From the NCBI GenBank assembly GCA_050633305.1, contig JBOEGF010000024.1:320001-384000 (forward strand): DNA of 64,000 nt, in the 5' to 3' direction. Both the position numbers and the translations under genes were made by a program. Position 1 is the stretch's first letter. Each line of letters opens with the position of its first letter. The DNA comes from Nannocystales bacterium (GTDB lineage Bacteria; Myxococcota_A; Polyangia; Nannocystales; Nannocystaceae). Under the pieces are notes generated by a model, which did not search any database, was not told the DNA's origin, and saw only the letters and a list, made by a program, of their open reading frames with translations. Positions 1-13,622 of the stretch are shown piece by piece.

Positions 1-195
1 CTCGCCTTCGAGGGCGGCGCGGACGATGACCTCCCCGTCCTCCACGAGCGCGGCGACCTCGCGGCCCAGCGCCTCCCTCCATTGCATGGCGTGGACGAGC
101 CCGCGGGGGACGGGAAGCCCGGCGGCAGCGGCCTCGGCCAGGAGGCGTGCCTTGGGCGGAAGCTCGGTTGGCAGCGGTCGGTGAAGCCAGTGCAC
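1..195 (-). CDS. PEP/pyruvate-binding (PPDK/PEP-synthase N-terminal-like) domain protein, 5' part only (runs off left edge)
   Basis: Manual translation of the minus strand from GTG at 195: VHWLHRPLPTELPPKARLLAEAAAAGLPVPRGLV...VIVRAALEGE. This resembles the 'KA..L..L..AGLPVP.G' and 'V.VRSS..GED' motifs of this domain. TACTCT -10 box 7 nt upstream. Not in the ORF track. Confidence 0.65.
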   Translation of the reverse strand, partial: MHWLHRPLPTELPPKARLLAEAAAAGLPVPRGLVHAMQWREALGREVAALVEDGEVIVRAALEGE

Positions 196-226
196 GATGC
201 CCAGAGTACGTCGTAGGCTCCTGCGA

Positions 227-703
227 GTGCTGTTTCCCGATCACCTCCTGTGCCCGCCGCTGGGGCACGTTGCCGCCAAGCTCGCGGGGGAAGAGGAGAT
301 CGCGGTCTGGACGTTGCCCGATTGGACTCCTCCACGGTTTGTGCGGCGGGTGGCCGCGCAATGGCCGACGCTGGCGCAATGCCCCAGCGCTGCGGTGGTC
401 GTGTTGCTGACCGAGCTCCCCGGCGAGCACCCGAGCACGTTGACGGTCTCGATGGCGGGGCGGACGGTTGTGGAGATGGCCGTCATCTCGTCCGGTGTGT
501 TGGGCCGACGATGGTTGTCCGCGGATCGTCGCTCGCGTGCGGTCCATGCCGCGGTCGAGCGATTCGCGGCGTGGCGAGAAGCGGGGCTTATCGACGCCGA
601 GCAGTGGGTGAGCACGAAGCCGGCCGACACCGTGCTCACGGTGGGTCGTGTCCCCGTGACCCGGTCACGCGATGGCGACAGCCTCGGCCCAGGCCTTGCG
701 TAG
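227..703 (+). CDS. hypothetical protein
   Basis: Part of ORF 197..703. GTG at 227 is preferred because a TAGGCT -10 box lies 7 nt upstream. 3' end overlaps the end of glpK. No motif recognised. Confidence 0.5.
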   Translation: MLFPDHLLCPPLGHVAAKLAGEEEIAVWTLPDWTPPRFVRRVAAQWPTLAQCPSAAVVVLLTELPGEHPSTLTVSMAGRTVVEMAVISSGVLGRRWLSADRRSRAVHAAVERFAAWREAGLIDAEQWVSTKPADTVLTVGRVPVTRSRDGDSLGPGLA

Positions 704-2149
704 CGCGGCGAGGGCATCTGCCTCGCCCGATGGGGTGAACGCTCGGTCCTGGACCCAAGCGTCACGGAGGGCAGAGGTGTCCGACCACAGCCCCGAGCCC
801 AGGCCCGCCAAGGAGATCGCACCCAAGGCGGTGGCTTCGAGCATCGTCGGTCGCTGCAGCGGGAGGCCGACAAGGTTGGCCTGAATCTGCATCAGCAGGT
901 TGTTCGCGGCTGCGCCTCCGTCGACACGCAGGCCCGCGAGCGGGGCCCCCAGGTCGGCGGCCATGGCATCGAGTAACTCGGTGATCTGCAAAGCGATGCC
1001 TTCGAGTGCCGCTCTTGCGATGTGGGCGCGGCCGGTCCCGCGGGAGAGTCCCCGAATGAGACCTCGGGCCTCGGGTCGCCAGTGCGGTGCTCCGAGTCCT
1101 GCGTGGGCGGGCACGAGGATGACACCGCCCGCGTCGTCGACGCTTCGGGCGAGCGCCTCGACCTCGGCTGCGGAGGAGAAGAACCCGAGTTCGTCTCGCA
1201 GCCATTGCACGACGGCGCCGGCCATGAACGACGAGCCTTCCAGGCAATACGTCGTGGTGTCGCCGATCTGCCAGCCGACCGTGGTGAGCAGGCCGTGCAT
1301 GGACGGAACGATCTTCGCGCCCGTGTTCATCATGACAAAGGCCCCGGTTCCGTAGGTGCACTTCGCCTCGCCAGCGTCGAAGCAAGCCTGCCCAAACAGT
1401 GCAGCCTGCTGGTCACCCGCGATGCCGCAGATCGGGATTCCATCGGGAAGGCCGGGGACACCGTGGGTCGTGCCGAACGCGTGGGCGCTCGGGTGGACGG
1501 TCGGCAACATCGCCTTGGGGACCCCCAGGAGGTTGCAGAGTTCGTCGCTCCAGCCGCCGCCCTTCAACGGCCACAACATGGTCCGCGATGCATTGCTGGG
1601 CTCAGTCGCATGGGTGCGGCCCGCGGTGAGTCGCCACAATACGTAGGTGTCGATCGTCCCCGCCGCGAGTTCTCCGGCCTCGGCTCGGGTACGTGCGCCC
1701 TCGACGTGATCGAGGACCCAGGCCAGCTTCGTGCCCGAGAAGTACGGGTCGAGTACGAGTCCGGTCTCTGCACGGACGCGGTCCTCGTGTCCCGTAGCGC
1801 GAAGTTGGGCGCAGTGTTCGGCGGTGCGGCGGTCCTGCCAGACGATCGCGCGGTGGAGCGGCGCGCTCGTCTCCCGGTCCCAGATCAACGATGTCTCCCG
1901 TTGGTTGGTAATGCCGATGGCTTTGATGCTCGCCGGGTCGGCATCCGCCGCGCTCAAGGCCTGCTGCATCGCTGTGAGGACCGAACTCCACAGCTCGTCC
2001 GGGTCGTGTTCGACCCAACCCGGTTCGGGGAAGTGCTGCGGAAACTCGACGGTCGCGCGGCCGTGCACCCGCAGGTGGGGGTCGACGAGGAGGCAAGTGC
2101 TCCCGGTCGTACCTTGGTCGATGGCGAGGATCAGGTCGGTGTCGGTCAT
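665..2149 (-). CDS. glpK: glycerol kinase
   Basis: ILAIDQGTTGS, GITNQRET, AIVWQDRRT, DPYFSGTK, GDQQAALFGQ, KCTYGTG and LRVDGG motifs. Real start MTDTDL at 2149, overlapping the stop of the upstream esterase. Confidence 0.96.
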   Translation of the reverse strand: MTDTDLILAIDQGTTGSTCLLVDPHLRVHGRATVEFPQHFPEPGWVEHDPDELWSSVLTAMQQALSAADADPASIKAIGITNQRETSLIWDRETSAPLHRAIVWQDRRTAEHCAQLRATGHEDRVRAETGLVLDPYFSGTKLAWVLDHVEGARTRAEAGELAAGTIDTYVLWRLTAGRTHATEPSNASRTMLWPLKGGGWSDELCNLLGVPKAMLPTVHPSAHAFGTTHGVPGLPDGIPICGIAGDQQAALFGQACFDAGEAKCTYGTGAFVMMNTGAKIVPSMHGLLTTVGWQIGDTTTYCLEGSSFMAGAVVQWLRDELGFFSSAAEVEALARSVDDAGGVILVPAHAGLGAPHWRPEARGLIRGLSRGTGRAHIARAALEGIALQITELLDAMAADLGAPLAGLRVDGGAAANNLLMQIQANLVGLPLQRPTMLEATALGAISLAGLGSGLWSDTSALRDAWVQDRAFTPSGEADALAALRKAWAEAVAIA

Positions 2150-2961
2150 GGCGAGGTGTTGGGGGACGGGTGGAGCCGGAGCGAGTTGACGAACTTGACG
2201 ACCGCAGCACAGGCCCGATCCCGGTCGATGTCGAGTCCAACGCCGTGGAAGGATCGGGGAAGAATCTCTCGCTCGACCCGAGCCGAGCCGATGGCCTGTG
2301 AAACCTCTGCGCTGAGCTCGACGGGGGCCGTGTGGTCGTATCGGCCGTGTACAAGCAGCGTCGGGACGCGGACGTGGGGGAGCAAGTCGGCGACCTCGGC
2401 CTGCAGGGCGAGCATTTCGGCGAGCGCGGGGTAGGGGAAGCCCTCGAGGCTGGGAGAGCCGTCCACCTCCCGCATCACCCGGATGTCGGGTCCGCCGTCC
2501 TTGGGCAGGATCCCGACCGCGTGACGAAGCATCCGGCTGCCGCGGAGCTTGGCCATCGCGACGATGGCTCGCCGTTGCCACCAGGGAAAGCGGAGCGGCA
2601 CGGAGATCGCGACGATCCCCGCGATGTCTGCCGCGCGGAGGGCCGCGAGTCGCAGGGTCAGCAGGGAGCCCATCGAGAATCCCAGCACGACGACCTTGCG
2701 TTGCCCGCCATCACGAAGGCGCGCAAACGCTTCGGCGGCAGAGTCGTACCAGTCCCGCCATGTGCTTCGCTCCAGTGCTTCGAGGTCGGTGTGTCCCGCG
2801 AGCAGGGGAGCCCGGACCGCGTACCCGGCATCATGAAGTGCATCCGCGAGTGGGTGCACCTCGTGCGGCGTTCCGGTGAGACCGTGCAGGAGCAGGACAC
2901 CGACGTCAGCATCGCCTCGCGCGATCGGGCGCGGGTCCACGGCTCGGGCTGGGGCGGCCAC
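2146..2961 (-). CDS. alpha/beta-hydrolase, carboxylesterase/monoacylglycerol-lipase type
   Basis: VLLLHGLTGTP, nucleophile GFSMG, LLVHGRYDHT, SFHG. Translationally coupled to glpK. GTG start inferred from TGaTACTCT 8 nt upstream. Confidence 0.88.
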   Translation of the reverse strand: MAAPARAVDPRPIARGDADVGVLLLHGLTGTPHEVHPLADALHDAGYAVRAPLLAGHTDLEALERSTWRDWYDSAAEAFARLRDGGQRKVVVLGFSMGSLLTLRLAALRAADIAGIVAISVPLRFPWWQRRAIVAMAKLRGSRMLRHAVGILPKDGGPDIRVMREVDGSPSLEGFPYPALAEMLALQAEVADLLPHVRVPTLLVHGRYDHTAPVELSAEVSQAIGSARVEREILPRSFHGVGLDIDRDRACAAVVKFVNSLRLHPSPNTSP

Positions 2962-3019
2962 CTGCGGGCAGAGTATCAAGTCGGTTGAGGTCCGAGGACG
3001 CCTGCAGGACACTGCGGCG

Positions 3020-4432
3020 GTGACCGATGCACCCGCCGACTTTGATGCGTTCTCGCGGGTGCTCGTGGTGGATGACGAAGAGCCGGTTCGCCACATGCTG
3101 ACGCTCTTGCTGCGGCGGGAGGGGCTCGAGGTCGCGGAAGCAGACAGCGCGGAGTCGGCGATCGAGCACCTGGACGCGCAGCCGGTCGATGTCGTGCTGA
3201 CCGATGTCCGGATGCCGGGCCAGGGAGGGCTCGCGCTGGTGAAGTGGTGTGCGGAGCATCGTCCGGGTCTGACCGTGGTCGTGATGAGCGCATTCGGCAG
3301 CATCGACCTCGCGGTGGAAGCGATGCACGCAGGGGCCTACGACTACATGTCGAAGCCGTTCAAGCAGGACGAGGTCGTGCTGACGCTCCGAAAGGCACAG
3401 GAACGCGAGCGGTTGCGTCGGGAGAATGCGGCCCTACGAGCCCGGTTGGCGGCCCATGACGAGGCGACGGACCATCTGGGCGAGATGCTGATCGCCAGCG
3501 CAGCCATGCGAACGGTCGCGAAGACGGTGCGCAAGGTCGCGGCGTTCAAGACGACGGTCCTGGTGCTTGGGGAGTCCGGGGTGGGCAAGGAACTCATCTC
3601 GCGCGGGATCCATGAACACTCGCCGAGGGTCGACAAGGCGTTCGTCGCCGTGAACTGCGGCGCGATTCCGGAGCCTCTGCTGGAGTCCGAGTTGTTCGGC
3701 CACGTCAAAGGGGCGTTCACGGACGCGGGCGCCGACAAGCGGGGTTTGTTTGAAGAGGCGGAGGGCGGGACCCTGTTCCTCGACGAGATCGGCGAGCTGC
3801 CGCCACCGCTGCAGGTGAAGCTGCTGCGCGCGCTGCAGGAGGATGAGATTCGGCGCGTTGGTGACACCCGCAACCGGACGGTCGATGTGCGTGTCGTCGC
3901 CGCAACGTCGCGCGACCTCCACGCGATGGTGGAGGACGGCTCGTTTCGACAGGACCTGTTCTACCGGCTCAATGTCATGCCGATCGAGGTTCCGCCGCTG
4001 CGTGAGCGCAAGGACGACATCCCGCCCTTGGTCGCGCGTTTTGTCGGTTCGACCAACCGACGGTTGGGCACGAGTATCGAAGGGGTCGACGAGGATGCGA
4101 TCGCCGCTCTGCTGGCCTACGACTGGCCCGGAAACGTGCGCGAGCTGGAGAACACCATCGAACACGCCTCGGTGATGGCCGAAGGCGTCCGCATTGGACT
4201 TCTCGCGCTGCCGGAACGAACCCGAAGCCGCACCGAGGCGGTGGGGCAGACCTTCGCGATGAAGTTTCCCGTCGCTGACCTCTCCGTGAAGCGGGGCGGA
4301 CGGGCGCTGGAGCGGGAGTTCATCCTTCGCGCGCTCGAAGAGACTCAAGGCAACCGCACCCACGCGGCGAAGCTGCTCGATCTCAGCCACCGCGCGCTGC
4401 TCTATAAGATCAAGGATTTCGGCCTCGCTTGA
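3020..4432 (+). CDS. sigma-54-dependent response regulator (REC-AAA+-Fis HTH, NtrC/PilR family)
   Basis: VLVVDDE, DVRMPG, GESGVGKEL, GAFTDA, LFLDEIGE, WPGNVRELEN, C-terminal HTH. Start trimmed to GTG at 3020. Confidence 0.93.
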   Translation: MTDAPADFDAFSRVLVVDDEEPVRHMLTLLLRREGLEVAEADSAESAIEHLDAQPVDVVLTDVRMPGQGGLALVKWCAEHRPGLTVVVMSAFGSIDLAVEAMHAGAYDYMSKPFKQDEVVLTLRKAQERERLRRENAALRARLAAHDEATDHLGEMLIASAAMRTVAKTVRKVAAFKTTVLVLGESGVGKELISRGIHEHSPRVDKAFVAVNCGAIPEPLLESELFGHVKGAFTDAGADKRGLFEEAEGGTLFLDEIGELPPPLQVKLLRALQEDEIRRVGDTRNRTVDVRVVAATSRDLHAMVEDGSFRQDLFYRLNVMPIEVPPLRERKDDIPPLVARFVGSTNRRLGTSIEGVDEDAIAALLAYDWPGNVRELENTIEHASVMAEGVRIGLLALPERTRSRTEAVGQTFAMKFPVADLSVKRGGRALEREFILRALEETQGNRTHAAKLLDLSHRALLYKIKDFGLA

Positions 4433-4739
4433 CGCTGCGCACGCGCTCAGCGGTGTCGCTGTGCGCTGTGCAGATGTCGCGACGTCATGCGGCGTCCGCG
4501 GTGGGAATTGCCTCACTTTTTGGGCGGGCTCACCTCGGCGTGAAATGCTGAGTGGTGAACGTGGGCCCTGTGGACTCCGCAGGACGCCGCGAACGTTGTT
4601 TTCACCAATGAAGTCAGAGACTTGATGCCGAAACGGCGTCCTCCAGTGCGCGGGGACGGCGCATGGAGATCACTCAAATGACGTATCAATTCCCTATCAC
4701 TTCATTTCTTTTACATATCACTGAAGCGGAATCTTCGCG

Positions 4740-4768
4740 TTGACTGACCTTCATTCGGGGCCGAGAAT
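4740..4768 (+). promoter_or_regulatory. putative sigma-70 promoter of xre-pilMNOPQ
   Basis: TTGACT (4740-4745), 17-nt spacer, GAGAAT (4763-4768). Preceded by an unusually AT-rich tract at ~4676-4725. Confidence 0.5.
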
Positions 4769-4785
4769 GTACGTGCATCAAACGC

Positions 4786-5247
4786 ATGGATCCCGAACCG
4801 AACGAGGAGACCAAGGTCTCCGAGCCCACCTCGCCGAGGCAGGGTGGGGCTTCCGACGACCCGACGACGCCGCGGGACGGCGAAGCTGTGGACCCAGCTC
4901 TCGCTGGCGACGATGCAGAAGGACGCGAGGAAGGGGACTCCTCGTCTCCCGGTGGCCCATCGACCGCTCCGGCACCCGACCCTACGCCTGGGCCGGCGGC
5001 TCGCAAGCGGAGCACGCGTTCGCGTCCCAAAGCGGGCACACACCCCAACAACGTTCGACGGTTGCGCCAGCGGGCCATGATGAGCAAGGCCGAGCTTGCC
5101 CGCCGCGCCGGAGTCAGCCCGCTGACGATCGACAGGGTCGAGTCGGGGTGTCCGTGTCGTATGGACACGAAGCGAAAAATCCTCGAGGCGCTGGGCATTC
5201 AGCCCGCGTCTGCGGTCGAAGTCTTCCCCGACGTCGACCTGGACTAA
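4786..5247 (+). CDS. Xre/Cro-family HTH transcriptional regulator with disordered N-terminal extension
   Basis: NNVRRLRQRAMMSKAELARRAGVSPLTIDRVESG..CRMDTKRKILEALG. From memory, this small HTH family precedes pilM in other deltaproteobacteria. Confidence 0.85.
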   Translation: MDPEPNEETKVSEPTSPRQGGASDDPTTPRDGEAVDPALAGDDAEGREEGDSSSPGGPSTAPAPDPTPGPAARKRSTRSRPKAGTHPNNVRRLRQRAMMSKAELARRAGVSPLTIDRVESGCPCRMDTKRKILEALGIQPASAVEVFPDVDLD

Positions 5248-5458
5248 CGGGCGCGGCTCGTCCGGTACGTCGCCCGTACGGCGACGGACAAGCGAACAAC
5301 CAGCCTCCCGGTCAATGCCGCGGTGGGTTGGCGACATTCCGCGCTTCCAGCGTGGCGCCGGTGCGCGTCACGCTTGGTGGCGCATACACCCACATGCGCA
5401 GGGGACTGCGCGAGGCGCTCCCGTGCGGGCGCGTACACTTGAACGGCGGAGGTTGCCG

Positions 5459-6523
5459 ATGAGTAAGCAATGTATCGGGATCGACATCGGCAGCTCTGCG
5501 ATCAAACTCGTGCAGCTCAAGGTCGGGCGGCGCGAGTTGACGCTGCAGAACTTTGGCATTGAGCCAGTCCCTCCGCAGACGATCGTGGAGGGAGCCGTGA
5601 TGAACCACGGCGCCCTCGTCGACGCCATTCGGAACCTGTCTCGACGGATCCGCCTCAAGGGCAAGCGGACCTCGATCGCCGTCTCCGGCAACGCCGTCAT
5701 TCTCAAGCGACTGACGATCCCGGCGATGGACGGCTCGGCGTTGGCCGAGCAGATGGAATGGGAGGTTCAGCAGAACATCCCGTTCCCGCGCGATGAGGTG
5801 ATCGTGGACCACTCGGTCCTGGTCGGACAAACCCCGCAGGGACAGATGGAAGTGTTGCTCGTCGCCGCAAAACGCGACGTGCTTCAGCAGTACCAGTCGG
5901 CCGTCCGAGATGCTGGGCTCAACGCGGTCGTGGTGGACGCGGCCGCGCTCGCGCTTCAGAACGCGGTCGAAGGTGGAGTGGGGTTTGTCGCCGGGGAAAC
6001 CGTCGCGATCATCAACGTGGGCGCGAGTTTCTCCACGCTCTCGATCGTCGCGGATGGACGACCACAGTTCAACCGAGACATCGGCGCGGGTGGAAACACG
6101 TACACCGAAGCGATCCAGCGTCAACTCGCGGTCCCCATCGACGGGGCCGAGGCCTACAAGGTCGGCGGGGCGATCGCTGCGATGGGCGCTGCGGCCGATG
6201 TGGTCCCGCAAGAGGTCCACTCGATTCTCGCGCAGGTCTCGGAGCAAGTCGCCGAAGAGTTCCAGCGTTCTCTCGATTTCTACATCAGCGACGCAGTCGA
6301 TGCCCGGCTGTCTCGTATCTACCTCACAGGCGGCTCGTCTTTGGTGCCGCAGCTGCCCAAGGCCATCCAGGACCGCTCGCGCATTCCGGTCGAGATCATC
6401 GACCCGTTCGCGCGTGTCGCCGTGGATAGCCGGCGCTTCGACGTGGACTATCTCCGCGCCAATGCACCGGTGGCCGCCATTGCGTTCGGACTCGCTCTGC
6501 GCGCGCAAGGGGACTCTCCATGA
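5459..6523 (+). CDS. pilM: type IV pilus assembly actin-like protein PilM
   Basis: IGIDIGSSAIKLVQL, NVGASFS and IYLTGGSS motifs. GGAGG SD upstream. First gene of pilMNOPQ. Confidence 0.96.
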   Translation: MSKQCIGIDIGSSAIKLVQLKVGRRELTLQNFGIEPVPPQTIVEGAVMNHGALVDAIRNLSRRIRLKGKRTSIAVSGNAVILKRLTIPAMDGSALAEQMEWEVQQNIPFPRDEVIVDHSVLVGQTPQGQMEVLLVAAKRDVLQQYQSAVRDAGLNAVVVDAAALALQNAVEGGVGFVAGETVAIINVGASFSTLSIVADGRPQFNRDIGAGGNTYTEAIQRQLAVPIDGAEAYKVGGAIAAMGAAADVVPQEVHSILAQVSEQVAEEFQRSLDFYISDAVDARLSRIYLTGGSSLVPQLPKAIQDRSRIPVEIIDPFARVAVDSRRFDVDYLRANAPVAAIAFGLALRAQGDSP

Positions 6524-7215
6524 TTCGCATCAACCTCGCCCCCACAAAGAAGAAGAAGCGCAGCCGTTCTGCGAGTCCGTCCGCCGACTCGGCCGGGTCC
6601 TCGGCCTCTGCCGCGCAGGCGTGGCTGGTGGGCATGTTGCTGGGGTGGATCGCCGTCGGCGGCGTTTGTTACTGGCTTCAGACGATCGAGGAGGAGGCGG
6701 CGGACAACCAACGCCGCATCGCGGTCACGAAGAACAAAGAGGCCGACAAGATCAAGAAGGACATCGACGAGGAGGGGCTCAAGAAGCGCGAGGAACAGGT
6801 CGCGCAGATGGAGCTCGCCGAGAAAAAGCTCAACGCGAAGCGCCGGACCCCGGTGTTCGTCATGTACGAGATGAGTTCGATGCTCACCGACGCTGCCGCA
6901 GGCGGGGGCGTCGACAAGGACGAAGAAAAGTACCGGGCGGGTATCGCCGCGGATCCGCAGAGCGCGATCAACGAGAAGTGGGACCCCACGGGGCTGTGGA
7001 TCGATACCGTCGAGCAGAACGGCCCGACGTTGTCCATCGGAGGTCAGGCTCGCGATGCTGCCGACCTATCCGAGTTCACCCGTCGGCTTCGAGCCAGCGC
7101 CCGCTTCGGTGAATCTTCCAGCCCCGACTTCGAACGCGAGGGCAACCCCGACAACCCCGACGAGGCCCGTTACCTCACCTGGAAGCTCAACGTCCAGGTT
7201 CGCCGCTGGAACTGA
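6520..7215 (+). CDS. pilN: type IV pilus alignment protein PilN
   Basis: MIRINL motif, single TM helix, coiled coil, 'P.GLWID' PilN domain. ATGA overlap with pilM. Confidence 0.92.
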   Translation: MIRINLAPTKKKKRSRSASPSADSAGSSASAAQAWLVGMLLGWIAVGGVCYWLQTIEEEAADNQRRIAVTKNKEADKIKKDIDEEGLKKREEQVAQMELAEKKLNAKRRTPVFVMYEMSSMLTDAAAGGGVDKDEEKYRAGIAADPQSAINEKWDPTGLWIDTVEQNGPTLSIGGQARDAADLSEFTRRLRASARFGESSSPDFEREGNPDNPDEARYLTWKLNVQVRRWN

Positions 7216-7227
7216 GGGAGACGCACG

Positions 7228-7872
7228 ATGGAACAGTTTGCAAAACTTCCGATCTGGCAGCGGATCGTCTTGTTCGTCGTCGTCGGCGCGCTGGTGATCG
7301 CCGGATGGTTCTTCCTCCTCTACCAAGACGCGGTGGCCGCTCACGAGGGCGCCAAGAAAGCGGTGGTCAAAGCCGAGGCCGAGCTCGTTCGGGTGACGAA
7401 GGAGCAGGAAAACTTCCTCGAACGCCAGCGCAAGCAGGCCGATATCGAGGCCCAACTTCAGCAGAAGGTCGCGGTCCTGCCGACGAGCAAGTCGTCGCTG
7501 GACAACCTGATGCAGACCTTCCAACAGCAGGCGCGCCTCGTGGGTCTCACCGTGGAGAGCTGGACACCCGAGCCCGAGCAAAAAGAGGACTTCTACGCCC
7601 GCCTTCCGGTCAAGGTCCGTGCGACGGGCACGTGGACCCAAGCCGGGGAGTTCTTTCGCCGCATGTACGAGCTGGGGCGAGAGAACAAGGGACGAATCGT
7701 CAGTGTCGACCAGCTGGTCCTGAACAACAAATCCGCGGGCAAGGCCGAGGCGGGCGAAGGCGCGCCGTTGCTCGAGATCAGTTTCGAGGCGGCGACCTAT
7801 CGCTTCCTGACCGAAGCTGAACGTACGGCCGTTGACCCGAAGAAGAAGCGAAGCCGTCGGAGGAAGAAATAA
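7228..7872 (+). CDS. pilO: type IV pilus alignment protein PilO
   Basis: N-terminal TM, coiled coil, 'LP', 'FYARLPVKV..TG' and 'RIVSV' PilO features. Operon position. Confidence 0.92.
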   Translation: MEQFAKLPIWQRIVLFVVVGALVIAGWFFLLYQDAVAAHEGAKKAVVKAEAELVRVTKEQENFLERQRKQADIEAQLQQKVAVLPTSKSSLDNLMQTFQQQARLVGLTVESWTPEPEQKEDFYARLPVKVRATGTWTQAGEFFRRMYELGRENKGRIVSVDQLVLNNKSAGKAEAGEGAPLLEISFEAATYRFLTEAERTAVDPKKKRSRRRKK

Positions 7873-8447
7873 TGTCCACCGCAAAGATCCTCGCCCTCTG
7901 CATCCTGCTTAGCGCGCCGCTTGCGTGTGGCGAAGACGACTCCCAGACCACGGGTGTTCGTGGGACGGGAGTGAAGAAGGGCGCCAAAAAGAAGAAGAAG
8001 GCGTCTCGGCGTACGGCAGGGGGCGCGGACGATGAAGAGGTCATCGACGAGGGGCCTCCGCGGCCTCCGGTCGCCCTCGACAGCAAGTCGTTTCAACGGC
8101 GCAGGGACCCGTTCCTGAGCTTCGTGGCCAACGACGACCCGCTTCCCGAGCCTCCCGCGACCAGTGTTCGGGCTGAACGAAAGGTGCGGATGGCCGGGTA
8201 TGCCTTCGAGGACCTGAAACTGATCAGTATCGTCAACGGTCGGGGCGTGGCTCCACGCGCACTTTTTTTGGCATCTGACGGCAAATCCAAGACGATCAAG
8301 CAGGGCGAGTACTTCTCCAGTGCGGAGGTCAAGCTCGCCGCCGTCAACCGTGACTATGTCGAGATCGAAGTTGTAGATGATGACTTGGGAAGCAGCCTCA
8401 ATCTCCAGCGTGGTGAACGCCGCGCGATCTACCTTCGAACCGACTGA
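7872..8447 (+). CDS. pilP: type IV pilus lipoprotein PilP
   Basis: Lipobox PLAC, RRDPF motif, C-terminal beta domain. Lies between pilO and pilQ. Confidence 0.9.
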   Translation: MSTAKILALCILLSAPLACGEDDSQTTGVRGTGVKKGAKKKKKASRRTAGGADDEEVIDEGPPRPPVALDSKSFQRRRDPFLSFVANDDPLPEPPATSVRAERKVRMAGYAFEDLKLISIVNGRGVAPRALFLASDGKSKTIKQGEYFSSAEVKLAAVNRDYVEIEVVDDDLGSSLNLQRGERRAIYLRTD

Positions 8448-8465
8448 GCGAGGACCGTCCGACCG

Positions 8466-12983
<4,518 letters not shown>

Positions 12984-13010
12984 GCTTGGGGCCCTTGCGG
13001 CCGGAGCCAG

Positions 13011-13047
13011 ACCGGCGCACCCTGCAATCGTGGGGGCGCCGGTTTTT
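13011..13047 (+). terminator. terminator-like hairpin after pilQ, overlapping the aroK start
   Basis: ACCGGCGCACCC...GGGGGCGCCGGT followed by TTTT. Confidence 0.5.
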
Positions 13048-13581
13048 CTGTGCGGCATGATGGGTTCGGGGAAGAGCTCCGTGGGGCGGTGGCTCGCTTC
13101 GGCGTTGGACGTACCTTTCGTCGATCTCGACACTCGGCTCGAGCGCATGTTCGGCGTGACGGTTCCTGAGGCGTTCGCGAACGGGGAGGCTGAGTTTCGC
13201 CTGCTGGAGCGCGCTGCCTTGCACAGTCTCGTGCAAGAACCGGGGTTTCGGGGGCGGACAGTGGTCGTCGCGACCGGTGGTGGGGTTGTGGTCGACCCGG
13301 AGAACCGGGCGTGCATGGACGCGGCGGGAGTGCGGGTCTTGCTCCGCGTTCCAGCGTCCGAGCTTGCGGCCCGCCTCACAGCTGGACAACAGGAGGAAGG
13401 GCGCCCGCTGCTCGCGGACGCCGTCGATCCGGCCGAGCGTCTTGCTGCCCTTTGGGCGCAGCGGCGCGCGGCGTATGAGGACGTGTCACATCAGGTCGAT
13501 GGCGTAGGCTCGGTCGAGAAGGTCGCTCAAAGAATCGCCGGAGCGCTTGACCTCGAACTCCAAACCGGCGAAACGCCCTGA
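13030..13581 (+). CDS. aroK: shikimate kinase
   Basis: FLCGMMGSGKSSVG P-loop, FVDLD, GEAEFR, VVATGGG, RPLL. Confidence 0.93.
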   Translation: MGAPVFLCGMMGSGKSSVGRWLASALDVPFVDLDTRLERMFGVTVPEAFANGEAEFRLLERAALHSLVQEPGFRGRTVVVATGGGVVVDPENRACMDAAGVRVLLRVPASELAARLTAGQQEEGRPLLADAVDPAERLAALWAQRRAAYEDVSHQVDGVGSVEKVAQRIAGALDLELQTGETP

Positions 13582-13622
13582 GGGCCATCCCGGTCCGAGA
13601 CTCTCGCGAACGAAGACCCTGT

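Noticed and set aside
4600..4670. Riboswitch or hammerhead ribozyme in the pil upstream region
   Set aside because: Two hairpins are present, but no c-di-GMP or hammerhead core consensus, and they lie upstream of the predicted promoter.
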